This document shows, one piece after another, positions 9,671-18,987 of a stretch of DNA of 52,858 nucleotides. The notes beneath the pieces were generated by a model that was not told where the DNA came from, ran no database searches, and saw only the letters and a list, made by a program, of their open reading frames with translations. How positions within the stretch are numbered: position 1 is the stretch's first letter; every line of letters starts with the position of its first letter. Origin of the DNA: Rhodothermales bacterium (lineage in GTDB: Bacteria; Bacteroidota; Rhodothermia; Rhodothermales; JBHHWM01); assembly GCA_046756545.1 (NCBI GenBank), contig JBHHWM010000004.1, positions 1 through 52,858 of the forward strand, given 5' to 3'. The translations under genes and the position numbers were made by a program.

Positions 9671-10297
9671 ATGGGACCGAGTTCTGAGAAGAAACCATTC
9701 TCTCTGTATCGAAAGCCGAGCGTTACCCGGATCACGCTCAACCGGGAACTGATGCGTCAGTTCGAGCGGCTTGGGCGGCGTGGAGCCGGCGTCGTGCTCG
9801 ATGTGGGCGCAAAGCAGGCCCCCTATAAAGAACTCATCGCGGCAACGAGCTATATGACGCTGGACGTGGATGAGAGCAGGAAGCCCGATATCTGTTGCGA
9901 TTTGCACGACGTGCAATGGCCGTCGGAGACCTTCGACACCGTCGTGGCGACCGAAGTTTTGGAGCACCTGTATGAACCCCAGCGCGCCGTAGAAGAGATA
10001 CGTCGTTTGTTAAAACCCGGCGGGGTGTGCCTTCTCTCGACGCGGTTTATCTATGAATATCACGCAGATCCCCGGGATTACTACCGATTCACACAGGACG
10101 CCTTGAGGCATCTGTTCAGACATTTCAGCCGGGTCGAGGTTCATGCGCACGGCAACCGCTGGCAAGCGGTGTGGCAACTCGTTGCCGGAAGTAAGCGCAC
10201 CCTCGGCCTGTTGAGTTGGGCCAATCCGCTCGTGGCCCGGATCAAGCAAAAGAACACGAAGTGCCCGCTGGGTTTTGTGATCTGGGCCGAGAAATAG
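9671..10297 (+). CDS. Class I SAM-dependent methyltransferase (type 11-like); start uncertain (9620 or 9671)
   Basis: VLDVGAK motif I, FDTVVATEVLEH, LKPGG, H..P.DYYRFT typical of glycan-cluster methyltransferases. Confidence 0.85.
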   Translation: MGPSSEKKPFSLYRKPSVTRITLNRELMRQFERLGRRGAGVVLDVGAKQAPYKELIAATSYMTLDVDESRKPDICCDLHDVQWPSETFDTVVATEVLEHLYEPQRAVEEIRRLLKPGGVCLLSTRFIYEYHADPRDYYRFTQDALRHLFRHFSRVEVHAHGNRWQAVWQLVAGSKRTLGLLSWANPLVARIKQKNTKCPLGFVIWAEK

Positions 10298-10336
10298 ACG
10301 ATATCTGGGTGCTACCCCCAGGGCCTCTATCTCCGG

Positions 10337-11239
10337 CTACGTCAGGCGTAGGCTTAGTTTTCGAATCCTCTCGAATGTCGTCGAGTTGAGGCGGCGCAGC
10401 CCCCGGTCGATAAAGAGCGCCCACGGATAGGCCAGGGCAAACAACAGGTACACATTAGCACTGAAGGATATTTTCATCGTCAACAGGATGCCTACGTGCA
10501 TGCCCAGCACCAGCGTGATGACGGCAGCCCGGTAGCGTTTGAACCACATCAGGAAGGCAAAAAACTCCACCAGCAAACCGAAGACAAGGATCGCCGTGGC
10601 CACGAAGGAGTGGTCGAGCGCCAGTTGCTGGAGCCCGTTGAGATCGACGATGCCTGTCCGCGAGAAGGTATCGACCGTCCGTTCCTGGATCCACATCCAG
10701 AGGTGTCGGCCGTCGACCCAGGCCGGGCCGGTGGCTCCCAGCTTGCACAGCGCCGCCGACGTGTAGGCGAGACCATAGAAAAAGTAGCAGAGCCCGAGGA
10801 CCATCCGCCGGATCTGCTTTCGCTCTTTGAAGGCCAGCGTGGATACGGCCAGCGCCAGCACGGCGATCCCCACGATGTTGGAGCCGTGCGAGATCTCGCC
10901 CTGGCTGTATCGCGCCACATAATGGAGGTGGAAGAGGAACAGCGTCACCAGATAGGAATAACGCCAGAGCCGGAGGTATCCCACGATGACCAGCACCGTC
11001 ATGGCCACGGCGTTGATGATCCCCAGGTTGTTTTTAAACATAAACGTGATGTCGATATACTCGGCGATGCCGAGCGGCAGCACCACGTCGCTCAGCCGTC
11101 CCAGATACGGACCCCAGCGCCAGGCGTAGCGGATCGTCAGGTAGACGACGACCAGTTCGAAGAGCCGGTAGAAGATGATTTCCCCGACCGATTCTTCACG
11201 CTCGAAATCAAACAGGTTGGTCAGCAGCTTCTGTTTCAT
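10337..11239 (-). CDS. HTTM / vitamin-K-dependent-carboxylase-like polytopic membrane protein
   Basis: Several TM helices; Y.S...K....W.DG..L motif (YTSAALCKLGATGPAWVDGRHL), VE..F...W and MH.GI...M.I.F, all typical of HTTM-like domains. Confidence 0.6.
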   Translation of the reverse strand: MKQKLLTNLFDFEREESVGEIIFYRLFELVVVYLTIRYAWRWGPYLGRLSDVVLPLGIAEYIDITFMFKNNLGIINAVAMTVLVIVGYLRLWRYSYLVTLFLFHLHYVARYSQGEISHGSNIVGIAVLALAVSTLAFKERKQIRRMVLGLCYFFYGLAYTSAALCKLGATGPAWVDGRHLWMWIQERTVDTFSRTGIVDLNGLQQLALDHSFVATAILVFGLLVEFFAFLMWFKRYRAAVITLVLGMHVGILLTMKISFSANVYLLFALAYPWALFIDRGLRRLNSTTFERIRKLSLRLT

Positions 11240-11745
11240 GGTCGGCCGGGATAGTCCAGGTGGGGGTTAAAGTAGGTGGAATCGGGACCCAGCAGCAGGA
11301 ACGGCGTGAAGGTGACGGAGACGGAATCGCCGCTGATCGATCCGTCGGCGCGCAAGATCAGCAAGTATTTATCGGCGAGGTCCCCCTCAAACACACTGCG
11401 AAACCCGGCCACTCGCGTCGCATCCCAGGTTTTCGACTTGGAGATGAAGTTGGCGATGTCGTTCTGGTTAATGCCCACGTCATTGAGCGCGTACGCCGTG
11501 CCCGGCAGGTCGTCGAAGCTGCCGGGGTGCCAGGAGATCGAGTCGTCCGGCACTTCGCGCACGAGCGACCGCACCCATGGATGACCGCCCCGCGAGAACA
11601 TGGGATAAATGCTGAAAGGCCAGAATTCGCCCAGTTCGTGGTGGCGTTCCTGGGGCCAGAACTCTCCCAGGTGCGTGAGGACCAGCAACGTGTTGAGGAC
11701 AAGCAAGCTTACCAGCAGACGGCCGGCTCTTTTGTAGAGGGGCAT
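11236..11745 (-). CDS. Membrane-anchored partner protein of the HTTM-like gene (WPFSxYPMFS motif)
   Basis: One N-terminal TM, then EFWPFSIYPMFS; 4-bp ATGA overlap with the downstream HTTM gene. Confidence 0.65.
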   Translation of the reverse strand: MPLYKRAGRLLVSLLVLNTLLVLTHLGEFWPQERHHELGEFWPFSIYPMFSRGGHPWVRSLVREVPDDSISWHPGSFDDLPGTAYALNDVGINQNDIANFISKSKTWDATRVAGFRSVFEGDLADKYLLILRADGSISGDSVSVTFTPFLLLGPDSTYFNPHLDYPGRP

Positions 11746-12012
11746 GGCGTCGAAACGGGTCGGTTGACGGGGGCGACAGGGGGTGCCGAAGGCGAAGGCC
11801 CCTGAAGAGTAGCCGGAGAACGAACCTAAGGTCCGTAAAATAGAAGCTAAGAAATAAATATGCGATTCCTTTCTGCATTCCATGAAAAAGTACCGGCAAT
11901 TCTGTATCTACTGGATAGACACGTTTGCATGCTGCGAAAAAAGCGGACAGGAGGCATCCCTGGCTACCGCAGCGATTCTACGCTCATTAACCTACACGAA
12001 GGTGTCCGTATT

Positions 12013-12948
12013 ATGGCAAACATCACCCAACACCTCTCGGAAAGCGGGACGGCAAAGCGCCTGCTGACGCTGGCACTCACCCTGATACTCTGTGCCGGCC
12101 TGACCTCGCTCGACGTTGTGGCGCAGAAGATCCGGCTCGACGAAAGAGCCGCCCACGGTGCGTCGATGGCCTATCATCAGGGACGCTATTTCATGGCCTG
12201 GGCCGGAGAGAGCAACCAGCTCTACATCATGCGCGCCGACGAAGGCGTCGACTGGCGCGCCAAAATCTCGCTCGACGAACGAAGCAGTCACGCCCCCGAC
12301 CTCGCTTCCGACGGCGAATTTCTCTATGTCCTCTGGGTCGGCGAGAACACCAACAACCTCTACGTCATGCGGTCCCGTGATGGGGTTGACTGGGTCAACA
12401 AGGTGCGTTTCGACGAACGGACGGATGCGCGCCCGGCGATCACCGGATCGGACGACGGACGCCTGTTGATTTCCTGGAAAGGCGAGGGAAGCAGCAACCT
12501 CTACGTCATGCAATCGCGCGACGGCGTCGATTGGGCCGCCAAAATACGCCTCGACGAGCGGACGAATAACGGCCCCACCCTCGCTGATCACAACGGCCGG
12601 TTCTACATTACCTGGACGGGCGAGAGCGAAAACCACATCTACGTCATGCAATCGCCCGAAGGGGTCGACTGGCGCGCCAAGATTCGGCTGGACGACCGCA
12701 GCCGGAAAGCGCCCTCGCTGGCCGTCTACAACGGCCGCCTGTACCTGGGATGGATTGGTGAAAGCGCCGGCGACATCTACGTGATGTCGAGCGACGACGG
12801 CATCGATTGGCGAAACAAGGTAAAGACCGGCGAACAAACGTTAAAAAGCATCAAACTCACCGGCGGTCACAAACTCGCCATCGCCTTTCAGGGCAAGTCG
12901 AGCGACAACATCTACTGCCTGATGTCGCGGGACGGGGTAGATTTCTAG
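12013..12948 (+). CDS. Secreted six-repeat beta-propeller protein (Asp-box/BNR-like or lectin-like)
   Basis: Signal peptide, then six ~46-aa repeats KIRLDER...P.LA...GR.Y..W.GE....YVM.S.DGVDW. Confidence 0.8.
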   Translation: MANITQHLSESGTAKRLLTLALTLILCAGLTSLDVVAQKIRLDERAAHGASMAYHQGRYFMAWAGESNQLYIMRADEGVDWRAKISLDERSSHAPDLASDGEFLYVLWVGENTNNLYVMRSRDGVDWVNKVRFDERTDARPAITGSDDGRLLISWKGEGSSNLYVMQSRDGVDWAAKIRLDERTNNGPTLADHNGRFYITWTGESENHIYVMQSPEGVDWRAKIRLDDRSRKAPSLAVYNGRLYLGWIGESAGDIYVMSSDDGIDWRNKVKTGEQTLKSIKLTGGHKLAIAFQGKSSDNIYCLMSRDGVDF

Positions 12949-13009
12949 CGTGTACACCCGATCTCTGCCCGGCGGCTGTCGTTGCCGGCAAGGCGTAGCG
13001 TAGGCATAG

Positions 13010-13053
13010 AGGCTCCCTCTTGTTCGGCGTCGAGCATGGACGAGAGGGAGCCT
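13010..13053 (+). terminator. 16-bp stem-loop downstream of the propeller gene
   Basis: AGGCTCCCTCTTGTTC ... GGACGAGAGGGAGCCT (two G-U pairs); weak U-tail. Confidence 0.5.
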
Positions 13054-13262
13054 TGCTGTGCGTGTTCGGTGCCCTGAGACGCTGTTCACATTCTGTTGTC
13101 CCTTTGAAAGTCAGGCCGCATTCGATCACGGAACAAGGGCCTGGTGTGAAGGGCGGCAGGGGACGGAACGCTGCGTTTTCGCAAAAGCTGCATCCGCTCC
13201 ACGAACCTGATCCGGGTGCTGCGTGTTCATGGTGTTCTCGTTTTGGAGCAGGATACGTCGGT

Positions 13263-14264
13263 ATGACCATAGAGACACTCAAATCGCGCTGGGCCGCCTT
13301 TGCGGCGTCGAAGGGGGGACGCCGCGTGCTGAAAGGGGTGCGGGGGCTCTTTTTGCTGGGCATTCTGGGCTTTCTGGCCTATACGCTGAAAGACATCGAC
13401 TGGCGAAGGGTAGCTGCCGAGCTACCGACGAATCCGCTATTCTACCTGCTCTTTCTGCTGCTCTACTTCATTCTACCTTTCGCCGAGCTACTCGCCTATC
13501 GGATCACCTGGACCTTCGACGCCTGGAAGAGCATCCCGGCGTTTATTAAGAAGCGCATCTATAATAAAGATGTCTTCCAGTACTCGGGGGAGGTGTTTTT
13601 CTTTACCTGGGCGCGCAAGAATGTCGGACTTTCTAACCTGGAGCTTGCCAAGACCATCCGCGATCAAAACATCGTTTCCTCGTTTTCCTCTACGATGGTT
13701 GCCTTTATGATGGTCGTCCTTTTTCTCTATGCGGGCGAGAAAACAGTGACCGACTGGGTGGGGGAGCAGGGACTTTCTATTCTTCTGGGGGCCGTCGTCG
13801 TAGTGCTGGTACTTACAGCGCTCGGGGTTCGCCTGCGAAAGTACATCTTTTCCATGGCCTGGAAAACGGCATTGCTCATTTTTGCCGTGCACGTCGTGCG
13901 GCTTGTGATCGGGCAGACGATGCAGATCAGCATCTGGGCCGTCGCGATGCCCGAGGTGCCGCTTCGGGTCTGGTTCACCTATGCCGCGCTTTCTATTGTC
14001 ATCACGCGCATCCCGTTTTTTCCTCAAACCGGGCTCCTCTTCACGTCCCTGAGCATTACGATGGCGGGCGGGATGCAGGTGTCGGAGGAGGCCATCGCTG
14101 CCATGATGTTAATGATCATCGGGCTCAGCAAGGCCCTGAACCTCCTCTTCTTTGCCATCCTTTCGCTGACGGGCCGGCGGTCGGACGTGGAGATACGTGC
14201 AGAGGAGGCTGAGCCGCCCGTCGCGATCCGGGAGGAGCAGCCTGTACCCCAAGAGGTCCTGTGA
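13263..14264 (+). CDS. Polytopic membrane protein, lysylphosphatidylglycerol-synthase-TM / UPF0104 flippase-like
   Basis: About 8 TM helices; IDW after TM1, N.....SGE motif (IYNKDVFQYSGE), IPF.P..GL. Confidence 0.55.
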   Translation: MTIETLKSRWAAFAASKGGRRVLKGVRGLFLLGILGFLAYTLKDIDWRRVAAELPTNPLFYLLFLLLYFILPFAELLAYRITWTFDAWKSIPAFIKKRIYNKDVFQYSGEVFFFTWARKNVGLSNLELAKTIRDQNIVSSFSSTMVAFMMVVLFLYAGEKTVTDWVGEQGLSILLGAVVVVLVLTALGVRLRKYIFSMAWKTALLIFAVHVVRLVIGQTMQISIWAVAMPEVPLRVWFTYAALSIVITRIPFFPQTGLLFTSLSITMAGGMQVSEEAIAAMMLMIIGLSKALNLLFFAILSLTGRRSDVEIRAEEAEPPVAIREEQPVPQEVL

Positions 14265-14392
14265 CGAAAGGCCGATCCGTCGGGATGGCATACCATTTGA
14301 TAAAATCGGAGCAACCCTGTTACCGAGTGCGTGGAATCTGCGACTGTTGGGGTACGTACAAGCGATCAATACGAACAGACCCTCTCCAGAAC

Positions 14393-15127
14393 ATGGCGAA
14401 CCGTTTTCGGTGGATCCTTTTCCTGAGTGTGCTCCTTCCGCTGACGACCGTCTCTTCGGGCATTCGGGAAGCTTACGCGCAGGCCCCCATCCTTGTCGAT
14501 GATTTTGAGGGCTACGAAGCGGGAGTGCCTCCCTACCTGTGGAAGCGGCCGCATCAACGCTCACGCTCGCTTTTGGACCTATCCCGCGAGTTGGAACGCG
14601 ACGACGACTATTTCGAGATCGTGGAGGAAAGCGGGAACAAGCGAGCCCGCGCCTACACCAGGAACGAATCCACGCAGGTCGTTCGTCCGAACGGAGACGG
14701 CTACCGGTGGAACTTGCAAACGCATCCCCGGCTGGCCTGGGAATGGAAGGCCGAACGCCTGCCCGACGGGGCGCGTGAGGACAAAGGCGGGCTCAACGAT
14801 GCCGGGGCGGCGCTCTACGTCATGTTTGCCAGTAAAGACTGGCTTGGACGGCCCCGTAGCATAAAGTATACATACAGCTCCACGTTGCCTGTCGGTAAAA
14901 CGGCGAAGTACGGGCCTCTCCGCGTCGTCGTAGTGGCCAGCGGAGCCGACGGCTTCGGGGAGTGGATGCGCATGGAGCGCGACGTGGTGGCCGACTATCG
15001 CCGGCTCTTCCGACGCGACCCCCCCGACGAGCCGGTCTACATCATGATGTGGAGCGACTCCGACAATACCGAATCCGTCGCCGAAGTGTTTTTTGACAAC
15101 ATCGAGTTGCTGCCGGAGAACGAGTAG
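14393..15127 (+). CDS. DUF3047-family exported protein (copy 2)
   Basis: Signal peptide ending AYA|Q; shares KDWLGRPRSIKYTYSS, VVASGADG, ERDVVADYRR and WSDSD motifs with 3602-4333. Confidence 0.8.
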   Translation: MANRFRWILFLSVLLPLTTVSSGIREAYAQAPILVDDFEGYEAGVPPYLWKRPHQRSRSLLDLSRELERDDDYFEIVEESGNKRARAYTRNESTQVVRPNGDGYRWNLQTHPRLAWEWKAERLPDGAREDKGGLNDAGAALYVMFASKDWLGRPRSIKYTYSSTLPVGKTAKYGPLRVVVVASGADGFGEWMRMERDVVADYRRLFRRDPPDEPVYIMMWSDSDNTESVAEVFFDNIELLPENE

Positions 15128-15217
15128 CGGCCTCCGTTGTTTGACGGTCGTTGCCTTGTTGCGGATCGTCGGTCTCACCCTGGTTTTTCCTGAACATCAA
15201 CCGTCAACGTCTACGTC

Positions 15218-17746
15218 ATGGATCGTCTATTTGAAGCGTTACGCCCTTTTATCCGAGGCGTCGTGCGCCGGGCCGGTTGGGTATTAGCCGTTGCGCTCCT
15301 TGGCTCCGGGCTCGGGGTCTACTCCGCGTTTCACCTGCGCATCGATACCGACCTCTCGAAGCTGATTCCGGAGCATTATACGAGCGTGCAGGCCCTGGAG
15401 CGGCTCCGCGCGACGGTCGGAGGGGGCGAGACGAGCGTTGACATAGCCATCGAAAGCCCGTCCTTCGAAGCGAACAAGGCGTTTGCCGAGGCACTCATTC
15501 CGGGGGCGCTCAAGCTCCGGCGAGGAGGTTCCGGAGAGCCGTATTTCGTGCGTGCCGAGCTGCGCCGGGATACGGAGTTTATCAAGGACAATGCCCTTTA
15601 TTTTGCCACGACCGCCGAACTCGATCAATTAGAGACCTATCTGGAAGACAAGATTGAGGAGGCTAAGCTGGAGGCTAACCCGTTCTTTTTCGACCTGGAA
15701 GAAGATGAAGAAGTCGATGGCGATTCGATAGCGCAGGAAATGCTGGCTACCTACGACGAGATCGTGGGCCAGGAATATCGCGTCTCGAAAGACAGCACGG
15801 CGCTCGTCGTGCGCTTTTTTACCGGGGGGTCGTCTACCAACATCAGCTACATCGAGGCGTTGTATAGCGATTTCGAAGGCTTGATTGGAGAGGTGAGCCC
15901 GGCGTCCTTCCATCCCCAGATGGAGACGACGCTGGCCGGGCGGCTGCTACGGCAGAAAATCGAGGTGCGTACCATCACCGAAGATGTCAAAGGCTCGTTC
16001 CTGGTCGGCATCATGGCCGTGTTGCTGACGGTCGTCCTCTACTTTTTTTACAAAGCCTACCGGGCGCGGTCCGGCGGGCGTTTTGATGGGCGCGTGCTGC
16101 TGTCGGAACTGGCGCGCACTCCCGTGATGGCGCTGCTCATCGGGCTGCCGCTGCTGATGAGCCTGACCTGGACTTTCGGGATGGCGTACCTGGCTTTCGG
16201 AGCACTCAACCTGATGACCTCCACGCTGGGCCTCGTGCTCTTTGGGCTCGGCATCGACTATGGCATCCATTTCTATGCGCGGTATACCGAGGAACGCGGT
16301 GCCGGGCGCACCGTGATGGAGGCCGCCGAGCGCACCTTTACCAGCACCGGCCAGGCCATCGCTATCGGTGCGTTGACCACCGCGGCGGCACTCTACATCC
16401 TGATTCTCGCCGATTTTCGAGGCTTCAGCGAATTCGGGTTTATCGCGGGTACCGGGGTGCTCTTCGCCCTCATCGCGATGACGGTTGTGATGCCTGCGCT
16501 GCTGGCGGTTTTCGAGCGTATCCGCCTGCTGAACCTGGAATCGGCTCCCGCGTCGGCCCCGGTTCGGGAGGTCGCTGCCAGGCGCTTTCCGGGGGCGCGC
16601 AGCGTCGTGCTGGTGAGCCTGGGCTTGGTCGTCGCGGCGCTTGTGTTCTCGACGAGGGTCGAGTTCGAATATCGATTCGGCGAACTGGAGCCGTCGTATC
16701 CGGAGTGGCATGCGGTCAATGTGAAAGTGCGACAAGCCTTCAGTGATCGCAATCGCCGCAATCCGGCCTACGTCGTCCTCGACAGCCAGGATGAAGTGCC
16801 GGCCGTCTTGGCGGCGTTGCGGAAACATATGGCGCAGGACACGTCCCGGACGATCCGTAGCGTCGAGAGTTTGCAAGATCGATTTCCCGTTGCGGCAGAA
16901 ACGGCGCAAGCCAAGCTGGCCCGCATCGCCGACATCCGCGCGCTGCTTGCCGATCCGTTCCTGCAAGCGGAAGCGTCGGAAGATCTGGACAAGCTACGCC
17001 GGGCCGCACAACCCCGGGCCCCTATTGCCCTGGCCGACGTGCCGGAGTTTCTGAAAAAACAGTTCACGTCGAAGTCAGGCGAGATCGGCAATTTCATCGT
17101 CATCTATCCTTCGGTGGGGCTCTCGGATGGCCGCCTGTCCATGGCCTTTGCCGACGACGTGGCCACCATTGTGACCGAAGACGGGCAGGAGTATCACGCG
17201 GGTTCTCCGTCCATTGTAGCGGCGGACATGCTCCGCTTGATGCAACGTGAAGCGCCCTGGATGGTGCTGGCCACGTTTGTGATCGTGGCGCTGTTGATGT
17301 GGTTCAACTTTCGTGCTCTGCGGTGGGCCTTGCTGGCGCTGATGCCCCTCGCCATCGGGGTATTATGGATGTTGTTGTTGATGGAAGTCTTCGGGATGCG
17401 GCTCAATTTCTACAACCTCGTCGTGTTGCCGGCAGTGCTGGGCATCGGCAACGATGCCGGAGCGCACATGGTCCATCGCTACTGCGAAGAAGGCGCGGGC
17501 TCCATTCTGGCGGTCCTTCGCTCGACGGGCGAGCACGTGACGATGGGAGCGCTCACGACCATGATTGGTTTTGCCGGCCTGCTGTTGAGCTTTCATCCGG
17601 GGCTGAATACCATCGGGGCGCTGGCCGTGGTCGGTATCGGTACGACGCTCGTCTCGGCGCTTGTCTTCCTACTGGCCTTGCTTCAATGGTTGGAAGATCG
17701 TCGCACCGTGGCCACCACCGAACCGGAAGCCTCTGCGGCGGCATAA
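15218..17746 (+). CDS. MMPL/RND-family lipid exporter
   Basis: Two-fold repeated topology; GLGIDYGIH and GIGNDAGAH TM4/TM10 motifs, ALTT, GFSEFG. Confidence 0.92.
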   Translation: MDRLFEALRPFIRGVVRRAGWVLAVALLGSGLGVYSAFHLRIDTDLSKLIPEHYTSVQALERLRATVGGGETSVDIAIESPSFEANKAFAEALIPGALKLRRGGSGEPYFVRAELRRDTEFIKDNALYFATTAELDQLETYLEDKIEEAKLEANPFFFDLEEDEEVDGDSIAQEMLATYDEIVGQEYRVSKDSTALVVRFFTGGSSTNISYIEALYSDFEGLIGEVSPASFHPQMETTLAGRLLRQKIEVRTITEDVKGSFLVGIMAVLLTVVLYFFYKAYRARSGGRFDGRVLLSELARTPVMALLIGLPLLMSLTWTFGMAYLAFGALNLMTSTLGLVLFGLGIDYGIHFYARYTEERGAGRTVMEAAERTFTSTGQAIAIGALTTAAALYILILADFRGFSEFGFIAGTGVLFALIAMTVVMPALLAVFERIRLLNLESAPASAPVREVAARRFPGARSVVLVSLGLVVAALVFSTRVEFEYRFGELEPSYPEWHAVNVKVRQAFSDRNRRNPAYVVLDSQDEVPAVLAALRKHMAQDTSRTIRSVESLQDRFPVAAETAQAKLARIADIRALLADPFLQAEASEDLDKLRRAAQPRAPIALADVPEFLKKQFTSKSGEIGNFIVIYPSVGLSDGRLSMAFADDVATIVTEDGQEYHAGSPSIVAADMLRLMQREAPWMVLATFVIVALLMWFNFRALRWALLALMPLAIGVLWMLLLMEVFGMRLNFYNLVVLPAVLGIGNDAGAHMVHRYCEEGAGSILAVLRSTGEHVTMGALTTMIGFAGLLLSFHPGLNTIGALAVVGIGTTLVSALVFLLALLQWLEDRRTVATTEPEASAAA

Positions 17747-18060
17747 GACGGCCGGACCCTTTCCATTTATGAGGATAGGGGGTGCAAACTCCCCACGCCT
17801 GTGGGGAAATCACCCACATTAAAAACGGCGTTTCTCCCCACAATGTCATAACGGATTTCTTTGCAATTACAGGGATACGCTGTTTGCTTAGGAGAACCCT
17901 TCACAGTGTTTCGGGAGGCGCTGTGGCAAATTGCGTACTTCTCCATCCTCGGTCATCCGTACGGGTCAGACGTCTCTGTGTCGTTAGTATCCCCCCTCAT
18001 CTGTGCTTTCACGGCGTTTAACCCACGGATGACCGAGGAAAACAGCAAACGCGAGGAGGT

Positions 18061-18915
18061 ATGGATTTAACCGGGAAGGTTTGCCTGGTTACCGGTGCTA
18101 CGGCTGGCATCGGGAAAGCCACCGCCGTTCACCTGGCTCGTCTCGGTGCCCACGTCGTCATTGTTTGTCGCAATGCCGAACGTGGCGAACCCGCCCTCTC
18201 ACACATCCGGCATGAAAGCGGCAACCCCGAGGTTGAACTGCTGACGGCCGACCTCTCTTCGCAGCGTGCCATTCGGGACCTGGCCGAGGCATTCAAGCGC
18301 ACACACGAACGCCTCGACGTACTTATCAATAATGCCGGGCTCTACCTCAGCGAGCGCACAGAAACCGCCGACGGCATCGAGACCACCTGGGCCGTCAACC
18401 ACCTGGCCCCGTTCCTGTTGACGAACCTGCTCCTCGATCTCATCAAGCGCAGTGCCCCTTCGCGCATTGTTACGGTGAGTAGTGAGGCGCATCGCGGGAT
18501 AGGGATCGATTTCGACGATCCGGGCATGGCGAACGGGTATAACTGGTTGCAGGCCTACAAGCAGTCGAAGCTGGGCAACGTGTTGTTTACCTACGAATTG
18601 GCGCGTCGGTTGGAGGGGACGGGGGTCACGACGACCTGCTTACATCCGGGGGTAGTGGCTACGCGCATCTGGAATCGTAATAGCAACGTGATCAGCCTGT
18701 TGATGCGGCCGCTGAAACTGTTCATGACGAGTCCCGAGGAGAGCGCCGAGGCGGTGGTTCGGCTGGCGGTGTCGCCCGAACTGGAGGGAGTGACGGGGAC
18801 GTATTTCAAGCAGAAGAAGGAAGTGCGTTCGTCGCGGGCGTCGCACGATGAGGAGATGGCTCGGCAGCTCTGGCACCTCAGCGAACAAATGACCGGGCTG
18901 GATGCTGCGGGCTAG
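18061..18915 (+). CDS. Short-chain dehydrogenase/reductase (retinol dehydrogenase/WWOX-like)
   Basis: TGATAGIG, NNAG, VNHLAPFLLT, YKQSK (YxxxK), HPGVVAT; GGAGG RBS. Confidence 0.93.
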   Translation: MDLTGKVCLVTGATAGIGKATAVHLARLGAHVVIVCRNAERGEPALSHIRHESGNPEVELLTADLSSQRAIRDLAEAFKRTHERLDVLINNAGLYLSERTETADGIETTWAVNHLAPFLLTNLLLDLIKRSAPSRIVTVSSEAHRGIGIDFDDPGMANGYNWLQAYKQSKLGNVLFTYELARRLEGTGVTTTCLHPGVVATRIWNRNSNVISLLMRPLKLFMTSPEESAEAVVRLAVSPELEGVTGTYFKQKKEVRSSRASHDEEMARQLWHLSEQMTGLDAAG

Positions 18916-18987
18916 CCCGGTGTTTTTTTCATAGATTCAGTGTTGGTACGTTCGCTGAGACAACGGATTCTACTTCGGAGAATCATT

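Noticed and set aside
17781-17812. CCCCACGCCTGTGGGG hairpin resembling a type I-E CRISPR repeat
   Set aside because: Only one unit, no regularly spaced repeats or spacers, and no cas genes in the window.
17747-18987. Cobalamin riboswitch ahead of the B12-radical SAM unit
   Set aside because: No B12-box or conserved GGGAA...GCCACTG core was recognisable.
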